A stretch of DNA of 64,000 nucleotides. Source: Candidatus Ozemobacteraceae bacterium (lineage in GTDB: Bacteria > Muiribacteriota > Ozemobacteria > Ozemobacterales > Ozemobacteraceae). Below are positions 38,122 to 48,911 of this stretch, one piece after another (the first letter of the stretch is position 1; each line of letters begins with the position of its first letter). Made by a program: the position numbers and the translations under genes. The notes under the pieces were generated by a model. That model was not told where the DNA came from, did not search any database, and worked only from the letters and a program-made list of their open reading frames with translations. Location: positions 3,586,498-3,650,497 of the forward strand of contig OZ223236.1 of assembly GCA_965140445.1 (NCBI GenBank), written 5' to 3'.

Positions 38122-38880
38122 TTATTCGGAAAAAACACTCCAGCGTATAATCCAGACCGGCTGCTTAAACCAATTGTTTTTATTATCTGGTGCTTTAACT
38201 ATTATTACTTTCATTTCTACAGGATCCGCTTCGATCCATTCTGAAGATCCAAGATATGCCAGTATATGTATCCCATCAGCTGTTACGGCCAGATCGCCGG
38301 GATAAAGCATTTTCTCTGGAATCTGATTTATTGCCTGTGCTTCAAAAATTCTTTTGGTATGGCCTCGATAGCCGTTCATTAGTTCCAGGGCAGTGCAATC
38401 GTTGAACCAAACCTGAAACGATTCTTTAACAAGTGCAAAATCCAGATCGACAAATCCACGGTATAGGCAGGCTTTTATGTAACCTTGTCTTATAAGACCT
38501 GAGCAATCAATGCCGCTTCTAGTTTCACCACCCCAAACATACTTTGTTCCTTTAAAAGACTTTAATGCTTCAAGGTTTTCTTTTACCAACTTTTCCTTGT
38601 TAAAATTTGGTTTCGGAAAGGCGATTAAAATGAAGATAATGATTCCACCAATCCAGAATACCTTTTTATAGCAATTTCTCTTGATGGCAAAAACAAAAAT
38701 CCCTGACAAAAATATCGTAAAAAGTCCGAGAATTGTTATTCGCATTGCTGTGTTAACAATTGGTATAAAAGATAAAAGTGAGATTATTGGGATACTTAAA
38801 ACCCATAAAAGCCAAAAGCAGGAAAACCAAAGACTCTTTTCAGGTTTTCCAGGTTCTTTATCTGCAGGCCTTCTGTTCAT
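38122..38880 (-). CDS. Membrane-anchored NlpC/P60-family peptidoglycan endopeptidase
   Basis: N-terminal TM helices. The C-terminal GIDCSGLIRQGY catalytic Cys region and a downstream His are typical of NlpC/P60. Confidence 0.6.
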   Translation of the reverse strand: MNRRPADKEPGKPEKSLWFSCFWLLWVLSIPIISLLSFIPIVNTAMRITILGLFTIFLSGIFVFAIKRNCYKKVFWIGGIIIFILIAFPKPNFNKEKLVKENLEALKSFKGTKYVWGGETRSGIDCSGLIRQGYIKACLYRGFVDLDFALVKESFQVWFNDCTALELMNGYRGHTKRIFEAQAINQIPEKMLYPGDLAVTADGIHILAYLGSSEWIEADPVEMKVIIVKAPDNKNNWFKQPVWIIRWSVFSE

Positions 38881-38912
38881 TACAAAGTTAAGCTTTTACT
38901 TTTCTCTAATCG

Positions 38913-40058
38913 TTACCAATTCTTGGGCTGGTAATTCTGATTAGCCTGATTAGAAGTGCTTGATTGAGATGACTGATCGGCATTTCCAGGAATTGGAGCA
39001 GTTCCAGTTGAAATCAAACCTTCCTGAAAAAGTGATTCTCGTAAAATCGCTGGATCATTCCAAACAATTAGTTTAGCGACCTTTTTTAACCCATCATATC
39101 TTGAATGAGAAAATGGCTGATTCGTTATATTACGTATAACAACCAGGCGTATTCTTTCTGGAAATAGCTCTGCAAGCTTTTGATAAATTTCAGGATCATG
39201 AGCTACCGAATCGCCAAGCATTATGACCGGAGTGTTAGGGAACCACTTAAATAGTTTACCCAATTGGATAAGCTTATATTCCATGGTTTTAGAAGAAAGC
39301 TCCCGAGTTTTATTACTCTTAAAAAAATGATTTTGAAAAAGCTCCCTTGGTCCAACATTTTGAAGAATTAACGCATGTTCAGGAAACTTTTTATCTGCAA
39401 AAAACTTTTCTATTCTGGGTGCAAGATATACAGGAGAACCAGAAAGGAATACGAGTAAACTATCTATTCCATTTACTCCTTTGATAAGCTCCCTATAAAT
39501 CTCTGGAGTTCCGGCGACTGGCTTTCTTTTATGTATTGGTTTGAAAAGCGAATTTACCACAGATTTAAAAATCTTATTGCTATCGGTTACCAAAACCGAC
39601 TCATCGACGTCACTTATAATGAGATATTCAGGTTTCATCGGGAAACTAAAAGTAGCAACGGCTTTAAAATCCGGATATTGAGGACATGTAAAGAAAATAG
39701 ATTCTTCTGAATCCATCTGCGAAACTACAGTGGCAGGTATAACAGCCGCAAAATCACCAACAACGTTAGTTTTGGTTTCTACAACCGAAGATTTTACAGT
39801 TATATTAAGTTTTAAGTTCTTTGCACGTCGTCTTAGAAAAACCCTGAACTGATCATCAACGATGGGTTCATCGACCCTGTCTGCCTCCATCAACAAAACT
39901 TTACCATAAATCATAAGTCTGCTATCAGGCAGAGGCAAAAAGGCTTTATGTAAAATCTGGGGTAACTTTTCGCCGGCAAAAGCCTGCAATGGAAATAAAA
40001 CAGAAACCGCCAGAATAAGCAAAACCCAATTCTTAAAATTTTTCATTTTTTGTCCCAA
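38913..40058 (-). CDS. App1-like (DUF2183) putative phosphatidate phosphatase, secreted
   Basis: Signal peptide, a DxDx[TV]-like motif (ISDVDESVLVTDS) and a conserved App1-family core. The C-terminal Q/S/N-rich tail is low complexity. Confidence 0.45.
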   Translation of the reverse strand: MGQKMKNFKNWVLLILAVSVLFPLQAFAGEKLPQILHKAFLPLPDSRLMIYGKVLLMEADRVDEPIVDDQFRVFLRRRAKNLKLNITVKSSVVETKTNVVGDFAAVIPATVVSQMDSEESIFFTCPQYPDFKAVATFSFPMKPEYLIISDVDESVLVTDSNKIFKSVVNSLFKPIHKRKPVAGTPEIYRELIKGVNGIDSLLVFLSGSPVYLAPRIEKFFADKKFPEHALILQNVGPRELFQNHFFKSNKTRELSSKTMEYKLIQLGKLFKWFPNTPVIMLGDSVAHDPEIYQKLAELFPERIRLVVIRNITNQPFSHSRYDGLKKVAKLIVWNDPAILRESLFQEGLISTGTAPIPGNADQSSQSSTSNQANQNYQPKNW

Positions 40059-40213
40059 TTTAATTAATTGTAATAATTATAGCACGCTTACAACTGAATG
40101 CCAAAAAAGACTATTAACCCTACTCGGTTAGATGGCGTTGCCACCAAAATGAGAAAAAGTTTTCCCTATATATAGGGTTCCTACATATATTGTCTATATG
40201 TTAAGATAGCTTC

Positions 40214-42124
40214 ATGAAAAAATTAATCATTCTGTTTTCTTTTTTGTTTGTAATTTCTCTGGCTTCCAATTTATGGGCGCAGAGCCTATCTCCACTTAGG
40301 GGAGTCACTATTTTACTTGACCCGGGACACGGCGGAGCTGATCCAGGTGCAGTTGGTCCAACAGGTTTAAAAGAATCTGAAGTTAATCTTCGAGTAGCCA
40401 GATATTTAAAAACGCTATTAGAAGCGGACGGCGCAAAGGTTCAACTGACAAGAACAAAAGACGTATATCTTTCTTTAAAAGAAAGAGTAAACCTGGCTGA
40501 AAAGCTGGTTCCAGATCTTTTTGTTTCAATTCATCACAACGCTTCATTGAGTCCAGTTAAAAAGAATAAAAGCGAAGTCTATTATAACGCCATGGATCAG
40601 GGGCTCTCAGCAAAAGTTGGTAGTTCCATGATTACAGAATTTGCTGAACGGGGTTTTGGAGATGAATCTGTAGTGATTCCAGGCGGTTTCTTTGTTTTAA
40701 GAAACAACCCCTCACCAGCGATTCTAACTGAAGGAAGTTACATTACAATTCCCAAGATAGAACAAGAACTTAAAACCGGTAAAGCTTTAACAAATCAAGC
40801 GCAGGCAATTAGAAAAGCCATTCAAAAAGCATTTATTAAAGGACCTTTAAAGGTAAAAATATTTACCGCGGAAAAACCTGTAAAGATTAATACTCCGTAT
40901 TTTAATTTTCTTTTTGATGCAAATAAAGAAATAGCCAAAGTAAAGGTCAGATCAAAACCAGAAGGAATGGAAGCCTTTATTTTTTCAAAAATCCCTTCCA
41001 CAGGATTTACCTACAGCCTTTACAACCAGATTCCACTTACTAGTGGAGACTATGAACTTGAACTCACTTTTGTTGCCAAAGACGGCTCAATTGCTCCAAG
41101 AATTTCAGTGCCAATTAGTGTAAATCTTCCGGTGGCTCAAAGTGTCATCAGGCCGGTTGCTCCATATATTCCTGAAGGCTTCATGGGCCGCTTCCCAGTA
41201 AAGATTGCATTGAAAGATATGCTTCACAAGCTCAATCCACGTGCTTTACCAGTAACGGTCAAATATGGTGAAAAATCCATTACTGAGACCAGTTCAGAGA
41301 AAGGTGAAACAACTCTTTTTCTTGAATTATCCGGAAATGAAAGATTCTCGCTTGAAGCACAGTTGATTATTGACAATAAAATTGTTGGAAAGACAACAAT
41401 CCCGATAAAAAAACCCATCAAGACATTTGTTCTTGGGAGAGTGTTAAATCACAACAACGAAGGCCTTGAAAACGTGAAAATTCGTTATGGATTCAATGGA
41501 AAATCTTCAACAGATCCAGACGGATTCTTTTATTTAGAATACCCACGAATGTATCACAACCTGAAGCTCATGGTAGAGCCAGGTCTGGGATACGCAAAAA
41601 AAGAATACTGGATCAGAACGGAAGGCGAACCAGTTGTTCTCCCACTGGTAAAAGTATCTCCCGTTTCTGAAAGACTTTTGACCACTACAATCGGGATTAT
41701 GGCTCCTATGTCATTTGATAATCTTATAAGAAAGCTGGTTCGCGATGTAATGCAAGCTGGAGCAAAAGTATATCGGCTTCATCTTCCAGAAAATGATCTC
41801 AAACCAGAATACCAGGCTGTTATGGAAGCGAACTTAAAAGAAAATATGGACATCCTGTTTTCTTTCAAGCGCGGTCTGGTTAACACTATTACCATGCGCC
41901 ATTATCATCGTGGCGGTAAGGGAAAAAGATTTGCTGAAGCTGTTGCCTTTGGCCTGTCTGGTGCAAACCCACCAATAAGAATTAAAGTTGAAGCTGGAAG
42001 TGATTACGAAATTAATCACACCGGTTCCACTGCTGTTGTAATAGTTTTACCACAGCAATTGCCCCCTGATTACCCGGAAAAATTGATTATGCATATTGCC
42101 GCTGTATTAAAAGCAGGATTTTAA
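40214..42124 (+). CDS. N-acetylmuramoyl-L-alanine amidase (Amidase_3) with large C-terminal extension
   Basis: Signal peptide, then LLDPGHGGADPGA...SIHHNA catalytic motifs. Confidence 0.75.
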   Translation: MKKLIILFSFLFVISLASNLWAQSLSPLRGVTILLDPGHGGADPGAVGPTGLKESEVNLRVARYLKTLLEADGAKVQLTRTKDVYLSLKERVNLAEKLVPDLFVSIHHNASLSPVKKNKSEVYYNAMDQGLSAKVGSSMITEFAERGFGDESVVIPGGFFVLRNNPSPAILTEGSYITIPKIEQELKTGKALTNQAQAIRKAIQKAFIKGPLKVKIFTAEKPVKINTPYFNFLFDANKEIAKVKVRSKPEGMEAFIFSKIPSTGFTYSLYNQIPLTSGDYELELTFVAKDGSIAPRISVPISVNLPVAQSVIRPVAPYIPEGFMGRFPVKIALKDMLHKLNPRALPVTVKYGEKSITETSSEKGETTLFLELSGNERFSLEAQLIIDNKIVGKTTIPIKKPIKTFVLGRVLNHNNEGLENVKIRYGFNGKSSTDPDGFFYLEYPRMYHNLKLMVEPGLGYAKKEYWIRTEGEPVVLPLVKVSPVSERLLTTTIGIMAPMSFDNLIRKLVRDVMQAGAKVYRLHLPENDLKPEYQAVMEANLKENMDILFSFKRGLVNTITMRHYHRGGKGKRFAEAVAFGLSGANPPIRIKVEAGSDYEINHTGSTAVVIVLPQQLPPDYPEKLIMHIAAVLKAGF

Positions 42125-42144
42125 ACTACAAGGAAAGAGGAGTT

Positions 42145-43023
42145 ATGGACCAGGAAAAAAACGAGACTCAATCAAAAGAAGAATTGTATCGCGCAGAAAC
42201 CCACTGCCCCAGTTGTGGCAGATTTGTTGGCGTCTATACCAGATGCCCTTATTGTCAGGCACTTACCCAGAAAAGACTCTCTATAAGAGTTTTTAAAGCA
42301 ATTGCTCTTCTAACCTCAACCGTGGGTTTAGTTCTCTTGTTATTCTTTGCCAAACACGTAGAGACTCCACTTGTGGAAGTTGCTGACCTTGGCCCATTAA
42401 GTAATTTTGCTCATGTAAGAATTAAAGGTATCGTAAAAAGCAGTTACGGAATACATCCTAGCTGGAAATCATTAAGCTTCACTGTTCAATCTGGTGAAGG
42501 TGAAAAAACAAGAGATATCAGAGTTTCAGCTTACTCAAAAATAGCTGCCGGAATCGAAAAGCTTGGTGCTGTCCCTGAACAAGGTGATGAAGTTACAGTT
42601 GAAGGGCAAGTGCGCTTCCAGAAAAATTCCCCCAGCCTTCTTCTAAATGCTCCAGAGCACATCAAGGTAATCAAAAAATCTAAAAAGGCTTCCGGAATAA
42701 AATCTGTTACACCGGCAGAAATTACCACAGAACTGCTAAATAGATTTGTGAAAGTCACTGGTAGCGTAATAGGCCAACATAAGTTTGAATCAGGAATTCA
42801 AATAGAGTTGGATAATGGAGATAAAGGCATTATAGTTTGGATTCCAAACGAATTCTTCCCTGCTCAAACGGTTGTTAATAGCGGAGATCTAATTGAAGCA
42901 ACTGGTCAGGTTTTAACTTTTAAAGATAAATTGGAAGTAAAAGTAAACCGCGCCAACTCATTCAAGGTAGTAAACTCTGTTGAACCAACCACCTCAGCTG
43001 GAGAAGAAAAGGAAGGAGATTAA
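42145..43023 (+). CDS. Hypothetical membrane protein with N-terminal zinc ribbon and C-terminal OB-fold-like domain
   Basis: CPSCG...CPYC, then one TM helix. Confidence 0.4.
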   Translation: MDQEKNETQSKEELYRAETHCPSCGRFVGVYTRCPYCQALTQKRLSIRVFKAIALLTSTVGLVLLLFFAKHVETPLVEVADLGPLSNFAHVRIKGIVKSSYGIHPSWKSLSFTVQSGEGEKTRDIRVSAYSKIAAGIEKLGAVPEQGDEVTVEGQVRFQKNSPSLLLNAPEHIKVIKKSKKASGIKSVTPAEITTELLNRFVKVTGSVIGQHKFESGIQIELDNGDKGIIVWIPNEFFPAQTVVNSGDLIEATGQVLTFKDKLEVKVNRANSFKVVNSVEPTTSAGEEKEGD

Positions 43024-43025
43024 TA

Positions 43026-44372
43026 ATGGTAATACTGGAACATCTGTTAAATCCAGAATACCTTGATCTCTTCTACTTCAGCGGTCTGGGTGTCCTGTTC
43101 TCCCTGATAATTTCATTCCTACCTGCGTTGCATATTTACAATGTAATCGGGATATTTCTCCTGGTAGTATTAAAATTTGAAGCCACAATGGCACCGATGC
43201 AGCTAGTAGCATTATGTATCGGTATGATAGTTGGCTATTCAATCCTCAATACTGTTCCAGCAACTTACTTTGGACCAGGCGATGAAAGCATGTCTTATTA
43301 TGTTCTTCCAAGTGCAGCATGGGTTGCTAAAGGCAGGGGCTATGAATCGGTAATTCTTACTGGAGTTGGCGCATTAGGCGGAATAATACTTCTAGCCATT
43401 CTTGCACCAGTCTTTGTCTGGATAATGCCTGGTTTGAAAACTATTACAGCTCCACACATGTTCTGGATCATTGGAGCAGTAATTTCTTATTGTCTCCTCT
43501 CTGAATGGCCTAAAGGACTTGGACAATCACTAAATTGCTGGGAAAATTTCTTCGAAGGTTGGAAATACCTCGGCGTTGGTCTGGTAACGTTCCTGCTTTC
43601 AGGCATTCTAGGCTTTATCGTAATGGCCAAAACAATGGTTCCAATCGATTTTGCTTTCCAGAGTATAACTCCTGTTTTTGTTGGTCTTTTCGCTATTCCG
43701 TGGCTGATTACCAATGTTATAAACATTGGAATTATTCCCAAGCAACATGAAGCAGAATCCATGGAACTGGACTGGGATCTTGTAGTAAGAGGAACCTTTG
43801 GCGGCTTCCTTGGTGGCTTTTTTGCAGCATTTGTGCCAATCGTCACCGCTGGAGTGGGCGGACTCATGGCTGGCCATGCCACAGCTCAGCGAGATGGAAG
43901 ATTATTTGTAATGTCCTACGGAACCTGTAAAACGGTTTATTATGTTGGATCTTTTCTGTTCTTTTTCATTCCTGGCTTAAGCCTTACCAGAGGTGGATTA
44001 GCCTGGATTGTTACTCCTGTAGTAAATGTATTAACCATGAAAGAATACGCTTTGTTCGTCGCGTTAATGCTTTTCTCAGCAGGACTTGCATTTCTAATGC
44101 TTGGCACTTTTACTCGATTATGCATAAAGCTGATCGAAAACATCGACTATCATATTGTTTCGGTTATTGCTTTATTAATTGTTGTGCCCGCTATTTTCAG
44201 CTTAACTGGTGTTGGTGGACTCGCCATCATGACCGTTGCTACAGGAATTGGCTTATTGCCAGTCATGTTCCAGGCTAGAAGGATGAACCTGATGGGAGTT
44301 CTTCTGTTACCTGTCTGCCTAAATATGGCGGGCTATGGAAATGAAATACTAAGATTGCTGGGGTTACTATAA
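43026..44372 (+). CDS. Polytopic membrane protein (TctA-like putative transporter)
   Basis: 448 aa with 10 or more TM helices. The family assignment is tentative. Confidence 0.35.
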   Translation: MVILEHLLNPEYLDLFYFSGLGVLFSLIISFLPALHIYNVIGIFLLVVLKFEATMAPMQLVALCIGMIVGYSILNTVPATYFGPGDESMSYYVLPSAAWVAKGRGYESVILTGVGALGGIILLAILAPVFVWIMPGLKTITAPHMFWIIGAVISYCLLSEWPKGLGQSLNCWENFFEGWKYLGVGLVTFLLSGILGFIVMAKTMVPIDFAFQSITPVFVGLFAIPWLITNVINIGIIPKQHEAESMELDWDLVVRGTFGGFLGGFFAAFVPIVTAGVGGLMAGHATAQRDGRLFVMSYGTCKTVYYVGSFLFFFIPGLSLTRGGLAWIVTPVVNVLTMKEYALFVALMLFSAGLAFLMLGTFTRLCIKLIENIDYHIVSVIALLIVVPAIFSLTGVGGLAIMTVATGIGLLPVMFQARRMNLMGVLLLPVCLNMAGYGNEILRLLGLL

Positions 44373-44373
44373 T

Positions 44374-45471
44374 ATGAAAGGTTTTACACACTTTATATCT
44401 GGTATTGCGGTAGCCAGCTTTTTTCCGCAAGCAATTCATATGTCGGCTCAAGAACAGTCATTCATCCTGTGTCTAGGCGGAATCTTCGGAATCATGCCAG
44501 ACACCCTGGATTTCAAATTTGCAAAATATTTCCACAAATCTGATTTTGAAATTGCACCTGACCCAAATAACCTGGATGCAAAACTCATCGCAGAAGAAGT
44601 GGCAAAAGCTGTAAATAAAGCAAACAAGGAAGGAAGAGGAACTGTCCAGCTTCATACCATGCAGCTTGGTTCCAACCTATGGAGAAGCTATTCTCTTGGT
44701 TTTGATACAAAAACCAATGAGGTGTGTGTTGATATTGGTCCACTTGTGGATACTGGGCAAATTCCCTTTGACGGAACTGAACTAGAAGACAAGGAAAAAG
44801 CCTCTGCACGCGTAAAAGTTGACGGAGAACTCTTTCAACAGTTTGATAAAAAATCAAATATCGCCATCATGACCGGCCCTTGTTTTGAGTTTGTTAAACG
44901 CGACAATGGAAAAATAGAAATTGTATTCCTTCCATGGCACAGAACCTGGTCTCACAGCTTTACTCTTGGAATTGCCACCTCTATTCTTGTTGGTATTCTC
45001 ACATATTTCCTATATGGAAATATCCCTACTCCGGAAATGTATACAGTGCCAAGATGGCTTCTATATCCGCTAATCATCCTATTTGGATCAGCAGTTCACA
45101 TTATAGAAGACTCAACCGGCTTTATGGGCAATAATCTTTTCTGGCCTTTCACAAAAGACAGAACAGATGGCCTTGGATTCATGAGCGCATCAGATGCTAT
45201 CCCAAACTTCTTCTTTGTTTGGACTTCCTTAATAGCAATCATCTACAATATGGACCGCTTTAGATGGGCTCCAGAATCAACTCCAGCCGGAATTACCAAT
45301 CCTACAGCTTTCTTCTTCTGGTTTTATATCTTGCCGGTGGCAATCATGGCCTTCTTCTTTTTCAAAGGTAAAAGAGATAAAGCCGCATTAAAAGATGGGG
45401 AAAAACCTGGACAAGCAGATTTTGATAATCAAACTTCAGTTGAACGCGAAACAGATGCATCTATAATCTGA
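44374..45471 (+). CDS. Membrane-bound metal-dependent hydrolase-like protein (DUF457/YdjM-like)
   Basis: MKGFTHFISGIAVASFF N-terminus and an internal HRTWSHSF repeat of the same fold. Confidence 0.4.
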   Translation: MKGFTHFISGIAVASFFPQAIHMSAQEQSFILCLGGIFGIMPDTLDFKFAKYFHKSDFEIAPDPNNLDAKLIAEEVAKAVNKANKEGRGTVQLHTMQLGSNLWRSYSLGFDTKTNEVCVDIGPLVDTGQIPFDGTELEDKEKASARVKVDGELFQQFDKKSNIAIMTGPCFEFVKRDNGKIEIVFLPWHRTWSHSFTLGIATSILVGILTYFLYGNIPTPEMYTVPRWLLYPLIILFGSAVHIIEDSTGFMGNNLFWPFTKDRTDGLGFMSASDAIPNFFFVWTSLIAIIYNMDRFRWAPESTPAGITNPTAFFFWFYILPVAIMAFFFFKGKRDKAALKDGEKPGQADFDNQTSVERETDASII

Positions 45472-45493
45472 TCTTAATTTATCTAATATAAAC

Positions 45494-45531
45494 AAAAAGC
45501 CGCCTCCAGAAATGGAAGCGGCTTTTGCTTT
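45494..45531. terminator. Bidirectional Rho-independent terminator
   Basis: aaaaagccgcctccagaaatggaagcggcttttgctttt. Confidence 0.7.
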
Positions 45532-45546
45532 TATAAATTAATAAAT

Positions 45547-46359
45547 TTATTTTGTTTCAAGTATTGAACTATCAATTTTAGCCCTAACCTTAACAATTCC
45601 AACACCGCCCGGCGGGTATAAAGCAAATTCAACCGGACTTCCATCCAAACACTCATAGCTTATCTGTTTTGAATAAAATTGGGCCTTCTCATAAAATTCG
45701 TCCCCTTTTTTAATAACCTTATTTACCTTGAAGGAAATAATATAAACTGAATCTACCAGACTTAAGTCAATCCTGGCTTTCGGGGTATTAAAAAAACCAG
45801 TCCCAATTAAAAATGAAGCAACCAGATCAGCTTTTTCTCTACCGACTTTTGCGTCATAAATAAAAGTTCCTGCCATTACAGGAAATTCTATCTTCCCATT
45901 CATGTCTGCCTGTCTGTCCCTGCTCCCATGAATTGAACATGAAACAGTCATTTCTGATCCAAGATCTACAGCTTCTAATCTTAAAATCCCCTTTGATGGG
46001 CATTGAAATTTTTCCAACTCTTTTAACGGTCCATTTTTTTGAATTTCGCCCCTGCCCACAGGTGATTCGATATTGCTTTTATTATAAGTTGCCACCAATT
46101 CAATAATTTTCTTTTGATTTTCATAACAACTTTTTTTGCTGGTTTTCCAGACATAATCAGAATAAGTTTTCTTTATTTCTGGAGAAAGCAGAATAATTAA
46201 CATCAGAGCAGTAAGCCCAAGAACCTTAAAAACATGGTCAATTCTTGGGCCCTTTTTTTTAAGAACTTTTTTGCCAGAATTTGAATTCGTCACTTCTGGA
46301 ATTTTTTCTAAATCATTGTGATCTCTGTTCTTGTCTTTTCCAGAGCTTGTTTTTTTCAT
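45547..46359 (-). CDS. Hypothetical membrane-anchored/secreted protein
   Basis: 270 aa, one TM helix after a lysine-rich N-terminus; I recognise no family. Confidence 0.35.
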   Translation of the reverse strand: MKKTSSGKDKNRDHNDLEKIPEVTNSNSGKKVLKKKGPRIDHVFKVLGLTALMLIILLSPEIKKTYSDYVWKTSKKSCYENQKKIIELVATYNKSNIESPVGRGEIQKNGPLKELEKFQCPSKGILRLEAVDLGSEMTVSCSIHGSRDRQADMNGKIEFPVMAGTFIYDAKVGREKADLVASFLIGTGFFNTPKARIDLSLVDSVYIISFKVNKVIKKGDEFYEKAQFYSKQISYECLDGSPVEFALYPPGGVGIVKVRAKIDSSILETK

Positions 46360-46390
46360 AAATCCTTCCTATTAACTGTTAAAAGGTTTT

Positions 46391-46996
46391 GTGTTATCTT
46401 GTAAAACTAAATCCAATTGTATCAGAGGCCGCATGTTCGCAAGTAAATTTTTATTGAATCGACAGAAAATTTTCAACCCAATTGAGATCCTAAACTGCAT
46501 AAAGAATTTTTTAACCGATAAAAAGGCAAAACCAGGAAATGATTTCTTCTACCGTCTTGAATGGTATAGGATCGGGGTTTCCGTTCCAATTCTTGTATAT
46601 TCAAAGCAACGTCCCGAACTTGTTGTTATGAAGGAATTTAAATTTCTTGAATCAACCGAGATTACCCAACCTGATTGGAAAATTGGTGATGAAATTTCCT
46701 TTTCGATATTTATTCACCCTGAAATTAAAATTGATTGGGAGTCACCTGAAGATTCAGAAGAAGCTGCCGAAATCTGGTTGAAAAAGCAGTTAAAAGCAGC
46801 AGGCGACATAGAGATTCAAAGAACTGGTCCACATAATACCGTCTACTATGAAGTTGGCGAAGAGAAAAAAAGCTTTCCAACTTTAACCTTTAATGGGGCT
46901 ATAAAAATAAAGTCTCCTGAAAAGCTTTTCAAAATATCTTGTAAGCCCATTGGTAAGGGGGCAGAGTTTGGATGTGGCCTTCTATTTTTAAAATAA
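46391..46996 (+). CDS. Hypothetical protein
   Basis: ORF with a Gly-rich C-terminal motif GKGAEFGCG. The true start is probably an internal Met. Confidence 0.3.
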   Translation: MLSCKTKSNCIRGRMFASKFLLNRQKIFNPIEILNCIKNFLTDKKAKPGNDFFYRLEWYRIGVSVPILVYSKQRPELVVMKEFKFLESTEITQPDWKIGDEISFSIFIHPEIKIDWESPEDSEEAAEIWLKKQLKAAGDIEIQRTGPHNTVYYEVGEEKKSFPTLTFNGAIKIKSPEKLFKISCKPIGKGAEFGCGLLFLK

Positions 46997-47035
46997 TAAA
47001 CTAAAATGAAAAACGCCCCGTAAGGGGCTTTCTTT

Positions 47036-47989
47036 TTAAGGTTTTGTAAGAGGTGGAGCTGTTGTAGTAACAGCTTTATTATCCATTCCTGGAATAATTT
47101 TGGCTCCCTTTAATGGGGCTTTTGTCTTTACTTCGGTAACCTTCTTGTTAGCGACCTGCTGTTTTTCAGCTAGTTTCGCTTTGCTAACTTTCCCTTTCGA
47201 TGCGTCTTTTTTCTCTGCTTTAAATACTGCTTTTACTTCTGGTTTTTCTTCAGATGAACCAGGCATTTGGCCATCTGTCATATACTCATTGAAACTGGTT
47301 CTTTCACCTTCAATAACCATTATTCCAGGGCCTTGAACTTCTCGTTCTTTGCCTAGAAGAATGTTATCAATTTTTTCCTCGGTAAATGAAGATCCAGTGC
47401 GAGAGAACTCACTTCTAAAGCCCACTTCAGGATCATTTCCAGAAAATCTACCTTTCAGAAATTCTTTAGCCATGCGGCCCCAAGCACTATTCGGGTCACG
47501 ATGCACATATTCCGAAAGATACTTTTCAGTCTGGTCATTTTCCTTTAACTTGTAAGAAATTGCGGCCATGTTCCAGAGTGATTCCATATCAGATCTGTCT
47601 CTAAGATAGGTTTGTAAAAACCAATAAAGAGCCTCTCGATCCTGGCCGTTCCTTAAGCATGTTAGTGCGAGTTTTCTTGTCAATCTGACAGAGGTAGGGT
47701 TTTTCTTTTGGAGTTTCATCAGCAATGGAATTACATCAGCTGACTCCCCCTTCTGAAATATTCGAGGGTGAAGGAAATCTACGGGATTTAATCCAGGTCT
47801 TTCTTCGTTGTAGTTGGGCTTTACATATGGCTTGGGATCAATAAATCTTTCCATTTTCTTGTGACGCGCAACTTCTTCAAAGATGTAGCTTTGAGTATAG
47901 CCCATATCTTTTACAACACTGATAGGGTCTTCTGCCATTACCGGCCCAGCAAGTAGACCCAGCAACAACGCGATTATGTTTTTTTTCAT
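47036..47989 (-). CDS. Secreted TPR-like protein with lysine-rich C-terminal tail
   Basis: Signal peptide and alpha-helical repeats. Confidence 0.4.
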   Translation of the reverse strand: MKKNIIALLLGLLAGPVMAEDPISVVKDMGYTQSYIFEEVARHKKMERFIDPKPYVKPNYNEERPGLNPVDFLHPRIFQKGESADVIPLLMKLQKKNPTSVRLTRKLALTCLRNGQDREALYWFLQTYLRDRSDMESLWNMAAISYKLKENDQTEKYLSEYVHRDPNSAWGRMAKEFLKGRFSGNDPEVGFRSEFSRTGSSFTEEKIDNILLGKEREVQGPGIMVIEGERTSFNEYMTDGQMPGSSEEKPEVKAVFKAEKKDASKGKVSKAKLAEKQQVANKKVTEVKTKAPLKGAKIIPGMDNKAVTTTAPPLTKP

Positions 47990-48163
47990 TTATAATGCCT
48001 ATCCGATGGATTGCGAACATTTCGTTCTTGACCAATTTTCGGCAACTTGCGCTAATTTTTCATCTATTTTTTAAAAAAAATTTATTTTTTTTGCATTAAA
48101 TGCGGTTTTTAGCTTTGGAACAGTTTTTGCGAGTATAAAGCAAAATTTCCCTGGAGAACAATT

Positions 48164-48901
48164 ATGAGATTAATAAGACCAGGTTTCTTGAGATTCGGAA
48201 TTTCCGCAATAGCAGCGGTTTTGTGCGCTATATTTCTCGCTGGCTGCCCAGGCGGAGGCGGCGGAGGCGGTGGAACAGTTACGCCTCCAACAACCAACCC
48301 TGTTCATACCACGTTTTCTAATTCTCCAGCATATGTAGCACAAGCTGGTCAAAGTTTTTTTGCTTCAGTAACAATTTCAGAAACTCGCGGCGATGAAATC
48401 CAATTCAATAAAATGTACACTTACCGAACATTTGCTGACAATTACAACTCCGGCAAAACAAACTATTATTATAATTCTGGACCTTCAGTGGTATATGGAT
48501 GGATGTTCGCACCAGCCGGTACAATTAGTGGTGATATAAGAGATGCCATCATTCAAAACTCAAGCAGCGCATCAGGCTGGACACCACAAAGGTTGCAAGC
48601 CTATGAAAGAAGAACCCTGACCGCACAGGTAATGCTTGGCACCCAGAACCAAACTAAACCAGCTGGTTTTACCGGAATATTCATTCCTTTTTCAGAATAT
48701 TCACAATGGGTAATGCAAGGACAAAAAGGTGTTAGATACTGGGTCAGTCTCGAAGGATTTGACGCCAAACTCAATGAAACTTATAATGTTCATATTCCAT
48801 TAGAAATCCAGTTCCCTTTCAGCATTACAACAGATCCTTACGACTCTACAAACAATACGGGAACAGATACAAATACCGATCCTTACGATCCGTTCGGATG
48901 A
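48164..48901 (+). CDS. Lipoprotein with poly-Gly/Pro-Thr linker
   Basis: Lipobox LAGC, then GGGGGGGGTVTPPTTNP. Confidence 0.45.
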   Translation: MRLIRPGFLRFGISAIAAVLCAIFLAGCPGGGGGGGGTVTPPTTNPVHTTFSNSPAYVAQAGQSFFASVTISETRGDEIQFNKMYTYRTFADNYNSGKTNYYYNSGPSVVYGWMFAPAGTISGDIRDAIIQNSSSASGWTPQRLQAYERRTLTAQVMLGTQNQTKPAGFTGIFIPFSEYSQWVMQGQKGVRYWVSLEGFDAKLNETYNVHIPLEIQFPFSITTDPYDSTNNTGTDTNTDPYDPFG

Positions 48902-48911
48902 GGAAAATAAT

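Noticed and set aside
46391-46996. C-terminal GKGAEFGCG glycine-rich loop reminiscent of the RAMP/Cas6 G-rich loop
   Set aside because: No CRISPR array or other cas gene is in the window, and no other Cas6 landmarks such as a catalytic His or ferredoxin-fold motifs are recognisable. The resemblance is too weak to call.
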